Below the pieces are notes generated by a model. The model was not told the origin of the DNA, ran no database searches, and saw nothing but the letters and a program-made list of their open reading frames with translations. Shown one piece after another: positions 1 to 8,910 of a stretch of DNA of 64,000 nt. Numbering within the stretch: the stretch's first letter is position 1; the number at the start of each line of letters is the position of its first letter. The stretch comes from Xanthobacteraceae bacterium (lineage in GTDB: Bacteria > Pseudomonadota > Alphaproteobacteria > Rhizobiales > Xanthobacteraceae), in assembly GCA_045801465.1 (NCBI GenBank), contig JBJMSU010000065.1, positions 1,992-65,991 on the forward strand, read 5' to 3'. A program made the position numbers and the translations under genes.

Positions 1-1
1 C

Positions 2-2509
2 GTCGGCGGCCTGATCGGCGACAACGGCGGGTCGATCAGCGGCCTCACGGCCAGTCAGAGCGTGATCGGCGGGGAAAACAGCGTCGTCGGCGGGCTGGTG
101 GGCAGGAATGGCGGGCTGACTTCGATCCCGGGGCTTCCCTCGATCTTCGCGACCTGCACCCAGGCGGCTTGCATCGCGCTCCAGAACGCGTCCGTGTCGT
201 CGGCGCCTGGCAGCATTGCAAAGTCGCAGGCGACCGGGAACGTGACCGGCGGCGTCGGCAGCGTAGTCGGCGGGTTGGTCGGCGAGAATCCCGGGCTGAT
301 CAGTGAATCCACCGCCTCCGGTATTGTCGGCGGCGGCGAGGGCAGCTCTGTCGGTGGGCTCGTGGGGCGCAACGTCCACGGCCGGATCACCCTGGCGGCG
401 GCAACCTCCACGGTCATTGGCGGCCATGGGAGCATGGTCGGCGGCCTCGTCGGCCTCAACCTTGCTGGGTTGATCCAAGACAGCTTTGCGAGCGGTTCGG
501 TGAGCGGCGGCGACGGCAGCATTGCCGGCGGACTCGTTGCCGCCAACCTCGGCACGGTGTCGCGCAGCTTCGCTAACGGCGCCGTCACCGGCGGCGACGA
601 CAGTCATGTCGGCGGTCTTGTCGGCGTGAACTACGCGATCCCGGGCTTCAGCGGAGATGTCGCCAGCGGCACGATCTCGCAATCGTACGCGACCGGGGCA
701 GCGACCGGCGGTGCCGGCAGCACGGTCGGCGGTCTCGTCGCCGACAATGGCGGCACCGTCGACCAGACCTATGCCACCGGCTTGGTGACGGGTGGGCCCG
801 GCAGCACGACGGGCGGTCTCATCGCGGTGAACTCTGCGACCTTCGTGGTTCCCGATGGGTTGTTGAGTGACGGTGGTGGCCCCGCCAGCGTGACTGCCGC
901 GCTCGGCGGGCCTACCGAGACCGGCACGGTCACGTTCTCATACTGGGACAAGCAGACCACCGGACAGACGAGCAGCGACGGTGGCACGGGCCTGACGACT
1001 GCGCAGTTCAACTCCGGCCTGCCGGCGGGATTCGATCCTGCAGTCTGGGGCGTGCTTCCGGGGGAAAGCTATCCGTTCCTCCACGGCCAGCCGGTCGGCA
1101 CGATCCAGCCCGTGGGCCCGCTTCCGCCGCCGCCGCCCGACGTAACGCCGCTGCCCCCCTTGCAGGAAGTCCTGCTGCCGCCGCCGCCCCAGCAGCAAGT
1201 GGTCGAGCTACGGCAGACGGACCCCCAACCCACCGGCGAAGTGGTGTCGACGCAGTCGCCGCCAACGACCGGCAGCACCTCGCGTCCGTCCGACCAGGCC
1301 TCTGGGCGTGGGCCGCTGCGGCCTGACGGCAGGCCGAGCAACGTCCCGCCGATCGGCGAGACGCGCTTCATCAACAATGAGGTCGTGTTCCAGATCTGCA
1401 GCGACGTGCCGGCGCAGCGCATCCAATCCACCATGCGCCGCCTGCGCCTCGATCTTCTCTCCTCGCAGTCGCTTGGATTGATTGGTTGCACGGTCTATCA
1501 CTCGCGCATCACCAACGGCCGTTCCGTGCGAGATATCATCATCGCGCTCGAGCGCGACCGGCTCATCGACGAAGTGACGCCGAACTACACGTTCGCTCTC
1601 GCGCAGGACGCCAGCGCGCCGGCCCCGGCCGCGGCGGGCGAGGCCGCGCAGTACGCGGTCGCCAAGCTTCGCCTTGCCGAGGCTCACCAGCTGGCCAAGG
1701 GCGACAATGTGCTCATCGCGGTGATCGACTCCGAGATCGATGCCAAGCATCCGGACCTCGAAGGCGCCATCGCGGCGCGCTACGACGCGGTCGGACCGGC
1801 CGACAAGCCGCATCCGCACGGCACCGGCATGGCGGGAGCGATCGCATCGCACCGCAAGCTCATCGGCACGGCGCCGGGCGCCCGCCTTCTCGCCATCCGT
1901 GCTTTCGGCAGCGGATCGGGTGGTGCCCAGGGCACTACCGTCCAGATCGTCAAAGGCATCGACTGGGCGATCAGTCAGGGCGCCAAGATCGTCAACATGA
2001 GCTTCGCCGGCCCCAAGGACCCGACCTTGCAGAAGGCCTTCAAGGCGGCTCTCGACAAGAGCGTCGTGCTGATCGCCGCGGCCGGCAATGCCGGACCGAA
2101 GTCGCCGCCGCTCTATCCCGGCGCCGACCCCAGCGTGATCGCAGTCTCGGCGACGGATGCCGACGACCAGGTCTACACCAACGCGAACCGCGGCAAGTAC
2201 GTGGCGGTGGCGGCTCCCGGGGTCGATATCCTGGTGCCGGCTCCGCAGGGCAATTACGAGCTCACCACCGGGACCTCGGTCGCGTCGGCAGAGGTGAGCG
2301 GCGTGGCGGCGCTGCTGCTCCAGCGCGATCCCAAGATGGATCCGGCGACGGTGCGCGAAATCCTCACCTCGACGGCCAACCTTCTGGGGGCCAAAGGCCG
2401 CACCGATGAGCTTGGTTACGGCCTGGTTGATGCCTACAAAGCTTTGCTGTCGGTCAACGCGAAGTCGGCAAGCGCGCCGGGAGCCGTGGCGGCGACCTCG
2501 CGCAATTGA
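2..2509 (+). CDS. GLVG/GLUG-repeat protein with a proline-rich linker, an I9-like propeptide region and a C-terminal subtilisin-family (S8) peptidase domain. The 5' end is cut by the window edge.
   Basis: The frame of ORF 62..2509 stays open back to nt 2. There are about 10 degenerate repeats of S.VGGLVG.N.G. The linker reads PLPPPPPDVTPLPPLQEVLLPPPPQQQ. S8 triad motifs are AVIDSEID (Asp codon 1727-1729), HPHGTGMAG (His 1817-1819) and GTSVASAEVSG (Ser 2276-2278). The stop is TGA at 2507-2509. Confidence 0.85.
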   Translation, partial: VGGLIGDNGGSISGLTASQSVIGGENSVVGGLVGRNGGLTSIPGLPSIFATCTQAACIALQNASVSSAPGSIAKSQATGNVTGGVGSVVGGLVGENPGLISESTASGIVGGGEGSSVGGLVGRNVHGRITLAAATSTVIGGHGSMVGGLVGLNLAGLIQDSFASGSVSGGDGSIAGGLVAANLGTVSRSFANGAVTGGDDSHVGGLVGVNYAIPGFSGDVASGTISQSYATGAATGGAGSTVGGLVADNGGTVDQTYATGLVTGGPGSTTGGLIAVNSATFVVPDGLLSDGGGPASVTAALGGPTETGTVTFSYWDKQTTGQTSSDGGTGLTTAQFNSGLPAGFDPAVWGVLPGESYPFLHGQPVGTIQPVGPLPPPPPDVTPLPPLQEVLLPPPPQQQVVELRQTDPQPTGEVVSTQSPPTTGSTSRPSDQASGRGPLRPDGRPSNVPPIGETRFINNEVVFQICSDVPAQRIQSTMRRLRLDLLSSQSLGLIGCTVYHSRITNGRSVRDIIIALERDRLIDEVTPNYTFALAQDASAPAPAAAGEAAQYAVAKLRLAEAHQLAKGDNVLIAVIDSEIDAKHPDLEGAIAARYDAVGPADKPHPHGTGMAGAIASHRKLIGTAPGARLLAIRAFGSGSGGAQGTTVQIVKGIDWAISQGAKIVNMSFAGPKDPTLQKAFKAALDKSVVLIAAAGNAGPKSPPLYPGADPSVIAVSATDADDQVYTNANRGKYVAVAAPGVDILVPAPQGNYELTTGTSVASAEVSGVAALLLQRDPKMDPATVREILTSTANLLGAKGRTDELGYGLVDAYKALLSVNAKSASAPGAVAATSRN

Positions 2510-2684
2510 CGGGCATTGCCTCGGTGCTGGTGCGGCGCGTGCATAGCTTGCGCGCGCCGCACGCATTTCCGGCGACAAATTGTTGAATTGCGCCGCCGCC
2601 ATTGGTGCTATACGCCAGACACGATTGGAAACGTGAAAACGGCACCGGATCAACGGCGCCGAGATCAATCGAAAGGGAGCGACA

Positions 2685-4649
2685 ATGGGACACGAGGAAA
2701 CCCACCCGAAGGTCAATCGACGCAAGTTCCTGGCCGGCGTTGCAGTGGCGGGCGCGGCCGCGCCCGGCATCGCCAATGCGGCCACTTCCGCGACATCGGC
2801 CACCAGTGCGCCGCGGCCTTCCGTGCTGCCGCCGTCAGCCGCCGTTGCGGCGGCAGAGACCGGCACCCCGCCGGCAATGCCGCATGCCAAGGGACCGGCC
2901 GGATCGGATTTCATGGTGGATGTCATCAAGACACTCGACATCCCCTACCTGCCGTCCAACCCGGCTTCAAGCTTCCGCGGCCTGCACGAGTCGCTGATCA
3001 ACTACGGCAACAACACCAAGCCCGAATTCCTCACCTGTCTGCATGAGGAATCCGCCGTCGGCATGTGCCACGGCTATTTCAAGGTGACCGGCAAGCCGTT
3101 GATGACGCTGTGCCACGGCACCGTGGGCCTGCAGCACGCCGCGATGGCGATCTACAACGCCTGGTGCGATCGCGTGCCGATGATCGTCGTCGGCGGCAAC
3201 GACCTCGATGCCGCCAAGCGTCCGCCCGGTGTGCCGACGTTCCATTCGGCGCAGGACATCAATGCGATGGTGCGCGACTTCACCAAATGGGACGACACGC
3301 CGGTGTCGCTGCAGCACTTCGCGCAATCGTTCGTTCGCGCCTACAAGATCGCCATGACGCCGCCCTATGGGCCGGTTGCGATCTCGCTCGATGCCGGCCT
3401 GCAGCAGGAGCCGGTCCACGAGAACAGCGAGCGCTTGTACATCCCGCGCCATGTGCCGACGGCGCCGCCGCAAGGCGACGCCAACGCGGTGCGCGAGGCG
3501 GCCCGTCTGCTCGCCAACGCGCAGAACCCGGTGATCGTCGTCGACCGTGCAGCCCGCAGCGAAAACGGCATCCGGCTCCTGGTGCAGTTGGCCGAGGCGC
3601 TGCAGGCGCCGGTGGTCGACCAGGGCGGCCGGATGAACTTCCCCAAGACTCATTATCTCGCGAGCGCACCGACGGTGGTCGGCCGCGCCGACGTGATCAT
3701 CGGCATGGAATTGTCCGATTATTGGGGCACGGTGAATGCGTGGATCGACAACGGCGGCGATGACGGCACCGGCTTGCGCGAGTCGCGCATCAAGCCCGAC
3801 ACCAAGCTGATCAGCATCAGCTCCGTCGACCTCAACACCAAGGCCAACTACCAGGACTTCCAGCGCTTCCAGACGATCGACGTGCAGATGGCCGGCGATG
3901 CCGAGGCGACGCTTCCGGCGTTGATCGACGCCGTCAAGGCTGCCATTCCCAACGACCGCAAGGCGGCGATCGAGAAGCGCGGCGAGGCGTTGAAGAAAGC
4001 GCGTGCCGAGGCGATGGAGCGCACCCGGGCCGCGGCGGCGGTCGCCTGGGACGCCAGCCCGATCAGCACGGCACGCCTGGTGATGGAGACCTACGCCGCG
4101 ATCAAGGACCTCGACTGGTCACTGGTCGCATCCTCCGGCAATGTCAGCAATTGGCCGAACCGGTTGTGGCCGATGGAGAAGCATTACCACTGGCTCGGCG
4201 CCTCGGGTGGTTACGGCGTCGGCTATGGCGCGCCAGCCTCGGTGGGCGCGGCGCTCGGCAACCGCGAGGTCGGGCGCTTCTCCGTCTCGATCCAGGCCGA
4301 CGGCGACCTGATGTATGCGCCGGGCGTGCTGTGGACTGCGGCGCACCACAACATTCCGCTGCTGGCGGTCATGCACAACAATCGCGGCTACCATCAGGAA
4401 GTCATGCACGTGCAGCGTCTGTCGAACCGGCGCAATCGTGTCGCCAGCCTCGGCAAGACCATGGGCCCGATCGGGACCTCGATCGAAGGGCCCGATATCG
4501 ACTACGCGAAAATGGCTGCGTCCATGGGATTGTGGTCGGCGGGTCCCATCAAGGACCCCGCCGAGCTCGCGCCGGCGCTGAAGCGCGCGGTCGCGGCGGT
4601 GAAATCCGGTCAGCCCGCGCTGATCGACGTGTGGACTCAGCCGCGGTGA
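2685..4649 (+). CDS. Thiamine-diphosphate-dependent enzyme (acetolactate synthase/benzoylformate decarboxylase superfamily) with an N-terminal twin-arginine (Tat) signal peptide
   Basis: The Tat motif NRRKFLAG has its RR codons at 2718-2723, followed by a hydrophobic stretch and IANA. The ThDP-binding motif is QADGDLMY...MHNNRGY. The central domain looks typical (NPVIVVDRAAR). AAGGGAG lies upstream of the ATG at 2685. Confidence 0.88.
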   Translation: MGHEETHPKVNRRKFLAGVAVAGAAAPGIANAATSATSATSAPRPSVLPPSAAVAAAETGTPPAMPHAKGPAGSDFMVDVIKTLDIPYLPSNPASSFRGLHESLINYGNNTKPEFLTCLHEESAVGMCHGYFKVTGKPLMTLCHGTVGLQHAAMAIYNAWCDRVPMIVVGGNDLDAAKRPPGVPTFHSAQDINAMVRDFTKWDDTPVSLQHFAQSFVRAYKIAMTPPYGPVAISLDAGLQQEPVHENSERLYIPRHVPTAPPQGDANAVREAARLLANAQNPVIVVDRAARSENGIRLLVQLAEALQAPVVDQGGRMNFPKTHYLASAPTVVGRADVIIGMELSDYWGTVNAWIDNGGDDGTGLRESRIKPDTKLISISSVDLNTKANYQDFQRFQTIDVQMAGDAEATLPALIDAVKAAIPNDRKAAIEKRGEALKKARAEAMERTRAAAAVAWDASPISTARLVMETYAAIKDLDWSLVASSGNVSNWPNRLWPMEKHYHWLGASGGYGVGYGAPASVGAALGNREVGRFSVSIQADGDLMYAPGVLWTAAHHNIPLLAVMHNNRGYHQEVMHVQRLSNRRNRVASLGKTMGPIGTSIEGPDIDYAKMAASMGLWSAGPIKDPAELAPALKRAVAAVKSGQPALIDVWTQPR

Positions 4650-4657
4650 GGCGCGTC

Positions 4658-5008
4658 ATGGTTCGTTTGCGTTTGCGCGTGGGGCTGGCGGCGCTCGCCG
4701 CCGGTCTCCTGTTCGCTCCGGGGACGGCTCTTGCCGCCTCCGCCGACAAAGGCAAGACCGCCTACGTCAAGTACGGCTGCTGGCAATGCCATGGTTTCCA
4801 GGGGCAGGGCGGTGTCGCCGGCCCGAAACTGGCGCCGGACACGATCCCGTCCGAGGCATTCGTGGCGTTCGTCCGCACCACCAATCGCGCCATGCCGCCG
4901 TACAGCGAGGCGGTGCTGCCCAACGAGGATCTCGCCGACATCCACGCTTATCTGCAGACCGTGGCCAAGCCGCCGGATCCGAAGAGCATCCCGCTGCTGA
5001 ATCAATAG
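4658..5008 (+). CDS. Class I c-type cytochrome, monohaem, with a Sec signal peptide
   Basis: The internal ATG at 4658 of ORF 4151..5008 lies 8 nt after the stop of the ThDP enzyme. The signal is MVRLRLRVGLAALAAGLLFAPGTALAAS. The haem motif CWQCH sits at 4778-4792, and a distal Met candidate is in NRAMPPY. Confidence 0.85.
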   Translation: MVRLRLRVGLAALAAGLLFAPGTALAASADKGKTAYVKYGCWQCHGFQGQGGVAGPKLAPDTIPSEAFVAFVRTTNRAMPPYSEAVLPNEDLADIHAYLQTVAKPPDPKSIPLLNQ

Positions 5009-5015
5009 TTTGGCA

Positions 5016-5171
5016 CGTAGGGTGGGTGTGAGGCGCGTCACGAGGCCTCGCGATTGCCTCGCAGTCCTGCGCGCCGAAACCCACCATTCCCCGTCCGGCC
5101 GTTGGTGGGTTTCGGCGCGCCACGCAGCGGTGCCATTGGCAGCCGTGCATGGCGCCTCAACGCACCCTACG
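5016..5171. repeat. Nested palindromic intergenic element (REP-like, family C) between convergent genes
   Basis: Outer arms are cgtagggtgggtgtgaggcgc (5016-5036) and gcgcctcaacgcaccctacg (5152-5171). An inner perfect 17-bp hairpin is gcgcgccgaaacccacc (5069-5085) / ggtgggtttcggcgcgc (5104-5120). Confidence 0.75.
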
Positions 5172-6177
5172 ATCTTTTGCTCAACCCCACGATCTCATCG
5201 AGCAGGGCCTGTGGCACGTCGAGTCCGTGCTCGGCCGCGGCGCGTCGCTGCTCGTAACGGCGCGCACCGGGGAGTCGCGCGCCGGGCTCCGCCTCGATGG
5301 TCGCCGCGAGACCTGCGAGACGGTCGGTCACCGTGGAACCGCCGAGCGCTTCGGGCGAAAGGGCGATGATGAGCTGGCCGGTTTCGGGCGGCGGCCCCTC
5401 CGTGTCGAAGAACGAGCTCGACTCGTAGGCGAAGCGGGCGCCGGTGAGACCACCTGCAAGAATCTCGACCATGAGCGCGAGCGCGGTTCCCTTGGCGTCG
5501 CCCATGGGGATCATCGTTCCCTGGATCGCGGCCTCGGGATCGGTGGTGGGACGCCCGTCGCGGTCGAGCGCCCATCCTTCCGGGATGGGCTCGCCTTTCT
5601 GCTTGGCGAGCAGCAGGCGGCCGCGCGGAATCTTGGAGAGCGACAGATCGATCACGATGGGGTCGCGTCCGCGCACCGGCCCCGCGAAGGCGATCGGATT
5701 GGTGCCGAACAACCCGCGCCGCGCGTTCCATGGCGCAATGCCGGGGGGCGTATTGGCGAACATCAACGCCGCAGTGCCCGCGCGCGCCAGGCGCTCGACA
5801 TGCAGGCCGGCAACGCCGCAGTGATTGGAGCGGTTGATGGCTGCGGCCGCAATGCCGTGCGCCCGGCAAAGCGGCGGCAGCCGCGCGATGGCGAGATCGA
5901 TCGCCGGGTAGGCGAAGCCGAGCGCCGCATCGATGACAAGCGCCGCCGGCGCCATCGAGGTGACCTGCGGCGCGGCAAGCCCGTCCACCTTGCCGCTCCG
6001 CGCCTGGCCCGCATAGGAGGGGACGCGCGAAAGGCCGTGGCTCTTGATGCCATCGGCCTCGGCGCCGACCAGCGCGGCTGCGACCGAACGCGCGTTCTCA
6101 GGCTTGGTGCGGTTCGCCGTGAGCGCCGCAACGACGAGGTCGCGCGCGGCGTCGAGGGAAATGGTCTTGGTGGACAT
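5167..6177 (-). CDS. Ldh2-family (malate/L-lactate/sulfolactate-type) 2-hydroxyacid dehydrogenase
   Basis: This is the C-terminal 336 codons of ORF 5167..6846, starting at MSTKTISLDAARDL (ATG at 6175-6177). Typical Ldh2 strings are GIKSHGLSRVPSY, NHCGVAGLHVE and GTNPIAFA. The upstream part of the ORF runs through a REP and antisense to the next gene. Confidence 0.88.
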   Translation of the reverse strand: MSTKTISLDAARDLVVAALTANRTKPENARSVAAALVGAEADGIKSHGLSRVPSYAGQARSGKVDGLAAPQVTSMAPAALVIDAALGFAYPAIDLAIARLPPLCRAHGIAAAAINRSNHCGVAGLHVERLARAGTAALMFANTPPGIAPWNARRGLFGTNPIAFAGPVRGRDPIVIDLSLSKIPRGRLLLAKQKGEPIPEGWALDRDGRPTTDPEAAIQGTMIPMGDAKGTALALMVEILAGGLTGARFAYESSSFFDTEGPPPETGQLIIALSPEALGGSTVTDRLAGLAATIEAEPGARLPGARRYEQRRAAAEHGLDVPQALLDEIVGLSKRS

Positions 6178-6198
6178 GATCGAGTTGATCGGATTGTT

Positions 6199-6290
6199 GT
6201 CGTTCCCGCGCAGGCGGGAACCCATGACCACCGGCAGCGCGAAAAAAGTACCGACTGTGGTTATGGGTCCCCGCCTGCGCGGGGACGACG
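6199..6290. repeat. Palindromic intergenic repeat, family A, copy 1
   Basis: The sequence is gtcgttcccgcgcaggcgggaacccatgaccac ... gtggttatgggtccccgcctgcgcggggacgac. It has the same architecture as the copies at 10078, 14695 and 19536. Confidence 0.85.
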
Positions 6291-6296
6291 AGACCG

Positions 6297-7472
6297 TTAC
6301 GCGCTGCGATAGAGCTTCGTCATCACGAACTCGCGGTGGCCGAGCGCTTCCGCGGCCGTGAGCCGCCCGTTGGCCGTGCGCACGACCATGTCGATCAGCG
6401 CGTCGCCGGCCTGGTCCAGCGTCATCTCGCGCCTCAGGATGCCGGACACGTCGAGATCGATGTGCTCCGACATGGTGCGCACCGTGCGCGGATTGCCGGT
6501 GATCTTGATCACCGGCACGATCGGGTTGCCGATCACGTTGCCCTGGCCGGTCGGGAACGTGTGCAGGACATAACCGGCCGCCGCCATGAGAGTGACGCAT
6601 TCGGCCGCCGCCGAGGACGTGTCCATATAGTAGAGACCCGGTCCCTTGGCCGGCGCCTCGGCGGGCGCGAGCACGTCGATATAGCGGCACGTGCGCCCGA
6701 TCTTCTCGAGATTGCCGAGCGCCTTCTCCTCGATCGTGGTGAGCCCGCCGGCGATGTTGCCCTTGGTCGGCTGCGACTCGGAGAGATCGTCGACCTTGTG
6801 GGCCTGAATTACCTCGTCCTCGTAGGCCTTCCACGTCCGGTACCACTTCTCGCCGATCTCCGGGCTCGCGGCCCGAGCCTTGGCGAGATGCTCGGCGCCG
6901 GTGATTTCCGACGTCTCGCCGAACACCCCATGGATGCCGTCCGGGATCAGCTTGTCATACATGTTGCCGACGGTCGGGCACGAAGCGAGCCCGGTTGTGG
7001 TGTCGGATTCGCCGCATTTGGTCGACACCCAGAGATCGGAGACGGGGCACTCCTCGCGCTGCAGCTCGGAAGCCCATTGCAGATAATCCTTGGCGGCGCG
7101 CGCCGCCTTGGCGATCGTCCCTAGGTCGCCGGTGCCCTCGATGCCGAAGCCGGTCACCGGCTTGCCGGTCTTGGCAATACCGTCGACCACGCGCTTGGTC
7201 CATCCGTCCTCGATCCCGACGACGACGACGGCCGCCACGTTGGGATTGGCGCCGGTGCCGATCAGGGTGCGGAAGAACAGATCGAGGTCCTCGCCGAACT
7301 GCAACCGCCCATAGGCGTGCGGCAGCGCCATCGTGCCCTTGATGTTGTGGGCGACCGCTTCGCTCGCCGCGTTGGAGAGATCGTCGAGGGGAAGAATCAC
7401 GACATGGTTGCGCACGCCTACGCGGCCGTTCTCGCGCCGCCACGCCGTCACGCTGCCGTTCCCATTCTTCAT
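6297..7472 (-). CDS. UxaA-family (altronate dehydratase C-terminal type) hydro-lyase large subunit; SuyB-like architecture
   Basis: The 391-aa ORF reads [31 protein letters not shown]...CGESDTTTG...[14 protein letters not shown]. It lacks the N-terminal SAF domain, which is encoded separately just upstream. Confidence 0.85.
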   Translation of the reverse strand: MKNGNGSVTAWRRENGRVGVRNHVVILPLDDLSNAASEAVAHNIKGTMALPHAYGRLQFGEDLDLFFRTLIGTGANPNVAAVVVVGIEDGWTKRVVDGIAKTGKPVTGFGIEGTGDLGTIAKAARAAKDYLQWASELQREECPVSDLWVSTKCGESDTTTGLASCPTVGNMYDKLIPDGIHGVFGETSEITGAEHLAKARAASPEIGEKWYRTWKAYEDEVIQAHKVDDLSESQPTKGNIAGGLTTIEEKALGNLEKIGRTCRYIDVLAPAEAPAKGPGLYYMDTSSAAAECVTLMAAAGYVLHTFPTGQGNVIGNPIVPVIKITGNPRTVRTMSEHIDLDVSGILRREMTLDQAGDALIDMVVRTANGRLTAAEALGHREFVMTKLYRSA

Positions 7473-7482
7473 TGCGGTGGTC

Positions 7483-7830
7483 CTACCAGCGTTTGGTCTT
7501 CATATTGTGGACATGGACGTGCTCGCCGCGTCCGACCTTCTTGACGAAGCGGCCGATGTCCTGGCCATACTTGATCGCGGTGTCGCCTTCGGTGAAATCG
7601 GCAAGCGCGACCTTGTGGCCGATCGGGATGTCGTCCTTCACGACGATCGTGAAGGAGCTGTTGTCCGCGGTGACGACGCCGAAGGCGTCAGTGCCGGCCT
7701 TGAGACCTTCCACCACGACCACGGCGACGTTGTCTTTGGCGTCGTGGGCGAGAACATCCGGAACCCGGCTCTGCCCGGGCGCCGCGGCGGTTCCGGCCTT
7801 TGCGGAAGGGACATCGACGCGTTTGTTCAT
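7483..7830 (-). CDS. SAF-domain small subunit of the split UxaA-family lyase (SuyA-like architecture)
   Basis: The internal ATG at 7828-7830 gives MNKRVDV. The string [15 protein letters not shown]...[22 protein letters not shown] is typical of the SAF/UxaA N-terminus. It ends 10 nt upstream of the large subunit. Confidence 0.8.
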   Translation of the reverse strand: MNKRVDVPSAKAGTAAAPGQSRVPDVLAHDAKDNVAVVVVEGLKAGTDAFGVVTADNSSFTIVVKDDIPIGHKVALADFTEGDTAIKYGQDIGRFVKKVGRGEHVHVHNMKTKRW

Positions 7831-7902
7831 ACGAGATCTTGCCTCCCCCGTGCTGCGCATGACGTGATCTAGCACGTCTCGAGGCCGGCCGCAGCGGGAG
7901 GA

Positions 7903-8910
7903 TCAGTCGCCCTTGAGCCCGTGCACCTCGGGAAAGAACAGGTCCTGCCACGTCGCCGGCATGTTCTTCAGGGTGCCGACGCGATGCATGAAGCCATAGA
8001 TCTTCATCACGTTTTGCGGAGCGGGAGCGAAGGAGAATTCGGGGTCGACGATCAGCCTCTCGATGAAACCGATGGGCAGATTGGTTCTCTCAATCCGGGC
8101 GAAAATCTGCGCCGCCTCGCGCGGGTGTTCGGCAATGAAGGCATTCGCGTCCTGCAAGGCCGCCCAAACCGCCTGGTAGGTCTGCGGGTTCGCGTCGCGC
8201 CAGCGGCTCGTCAGCGCAACGGCGCTGAACGTGTTGGGGCCGTCGGTCGCATCGTACGAGCTTAAGAGCTTGCGGATCCCCGATTGTTCCAGCTGCTGAT
8301 ACTGGAACGGCGCTGACGTGAAATGCGCCGTGATCTCCAGCTTGCCCGAGAGGAATGCCGCAGTGCCGTCGGGATGGCTCATTGCCACGGTGAGCCTGTC
8401 GAGCACGTCGTGCTTGCCCGGGCCGAAGGTCCTTTCGGCGATCATCTGCAGCATGATGGCCTGCACCGACACCTTCGGTGCCGGCAAGGCGATGCGGTCG
8501 TTGTCGGTGAAATCGCGAACGGATTTGATATTCGGGTCGCGTGTGTTGAGGTAGGCCGGCTGGCGATTCAATGCCGCCATCGATTTGACATTCATGTTCC
8601 CACGCGTCTTGTCCCACATGGTCAGGAACGAGGGCAGTCCGACGCCGACCATATCGACACTGCCGGTCAGGAGAGCGTCGGTCAGCGCGGTCGGCGTGCC
8701 CAGGCCCGACCATTCGGTGGTGATCTTGCCCAGGCCAATCTCCAGCGCGCGCTTCTCGACGAAGCCCTTGTCCTGCAGGATGTAGAACTGCAGGTAGCCG
8801 AGGCCGAGCTGGCGCGCGAAACGGACATGGCTGACCTCCGCGCCGGCGCCGCCGCACAGGCCGAGAAAGGTGAATGCCGCTAACAGGGGCCTCAATCGCA
8901 CGCACTTCAT
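7903..8910 (-). CDS. ABC-type periplasmic substrate-binding protein, NMT1/THI5 (nitrate/sulfonate/taurine) family
   Basis: Start at MKCVRLRPLLAAFTFLGLCGGAGAEV (ATG at 8908-8910), which is a signal peptide. The upstream part of ORF 7903..9282 is AT-rich leader. No permease or ATPase gene is adjacent. Confidence 0.8.
   Translation of the reverse strand: MKCVRLRPLLAAFTFLGLCGGAGAEVSHVRFARQLGLGYLQFYILQDKGFVEKRALEIGLGKITTEWSGLGTPTALTDALLTGSVDMVGVGLPSFLTMWDKTRGNMNVKSMAALNRQPAYLNTRDPNIKSVRDFTDNDRIALPAPKVSVQAIMLQMIAERTFGPGKHDVLDRLTVAMSHPDGTAAFLSGKLEITAHFTSAPFQYQQLEQSGIRKLLSSYDATDGPNTFSAVALTSRWRDANPQTYQAVWAALQDANAFIAEHPREAAQIFARIERTNLPIGFIERLIVDPEFSFAPAPQNVMKIYGFMHRVGTLKNMPATWQDLFFPEVHGLKGD

Noticed and set aside
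1208-2941. A 577-aa minus-strand ORF antisense to the S8 peptidase gene. Similar long antisense or alternate-frame ORFs include 19230-20657, 22270-23382, 23367-24947, 26899-28440, 42695-43993, 48683-50317, 53330-55540 and 59204-62434.
   Set aside because: All are extremely Arg/Gly/Pro/His-rich with no recognisable motifs. Each lies opposite or out of frame to a gene with strong family signatures. Long open shadow frames are expected in DNA this GC-rich.
2685-4649. Whether the ThDP enzyme is sulfoacetaldehyde acetyltransferase (Xsc), given the neighbouring sulfonate-type genes.
   Set aside because: Xsc is a cytoplasmic enzyme, whereas this protein has a Tat signal and a cytochrome c partner. 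It is also on the opposite strand in a separate convergent operon. I could not see Xsc-specific sequence features.
5167-6846. A 559-aa ORF that would extend the Ldh2 gene far upstream. The extensions in ORFs 13871-14746, 19155-20633 and 7903-9282 are analogous.
   Set aside because: The extensions run through intergenic palindromic repeats or antisense to neighbouring genes and have aberrant composition. Internal starts give proteins of normal family length with proper signal peptides or N-termini.
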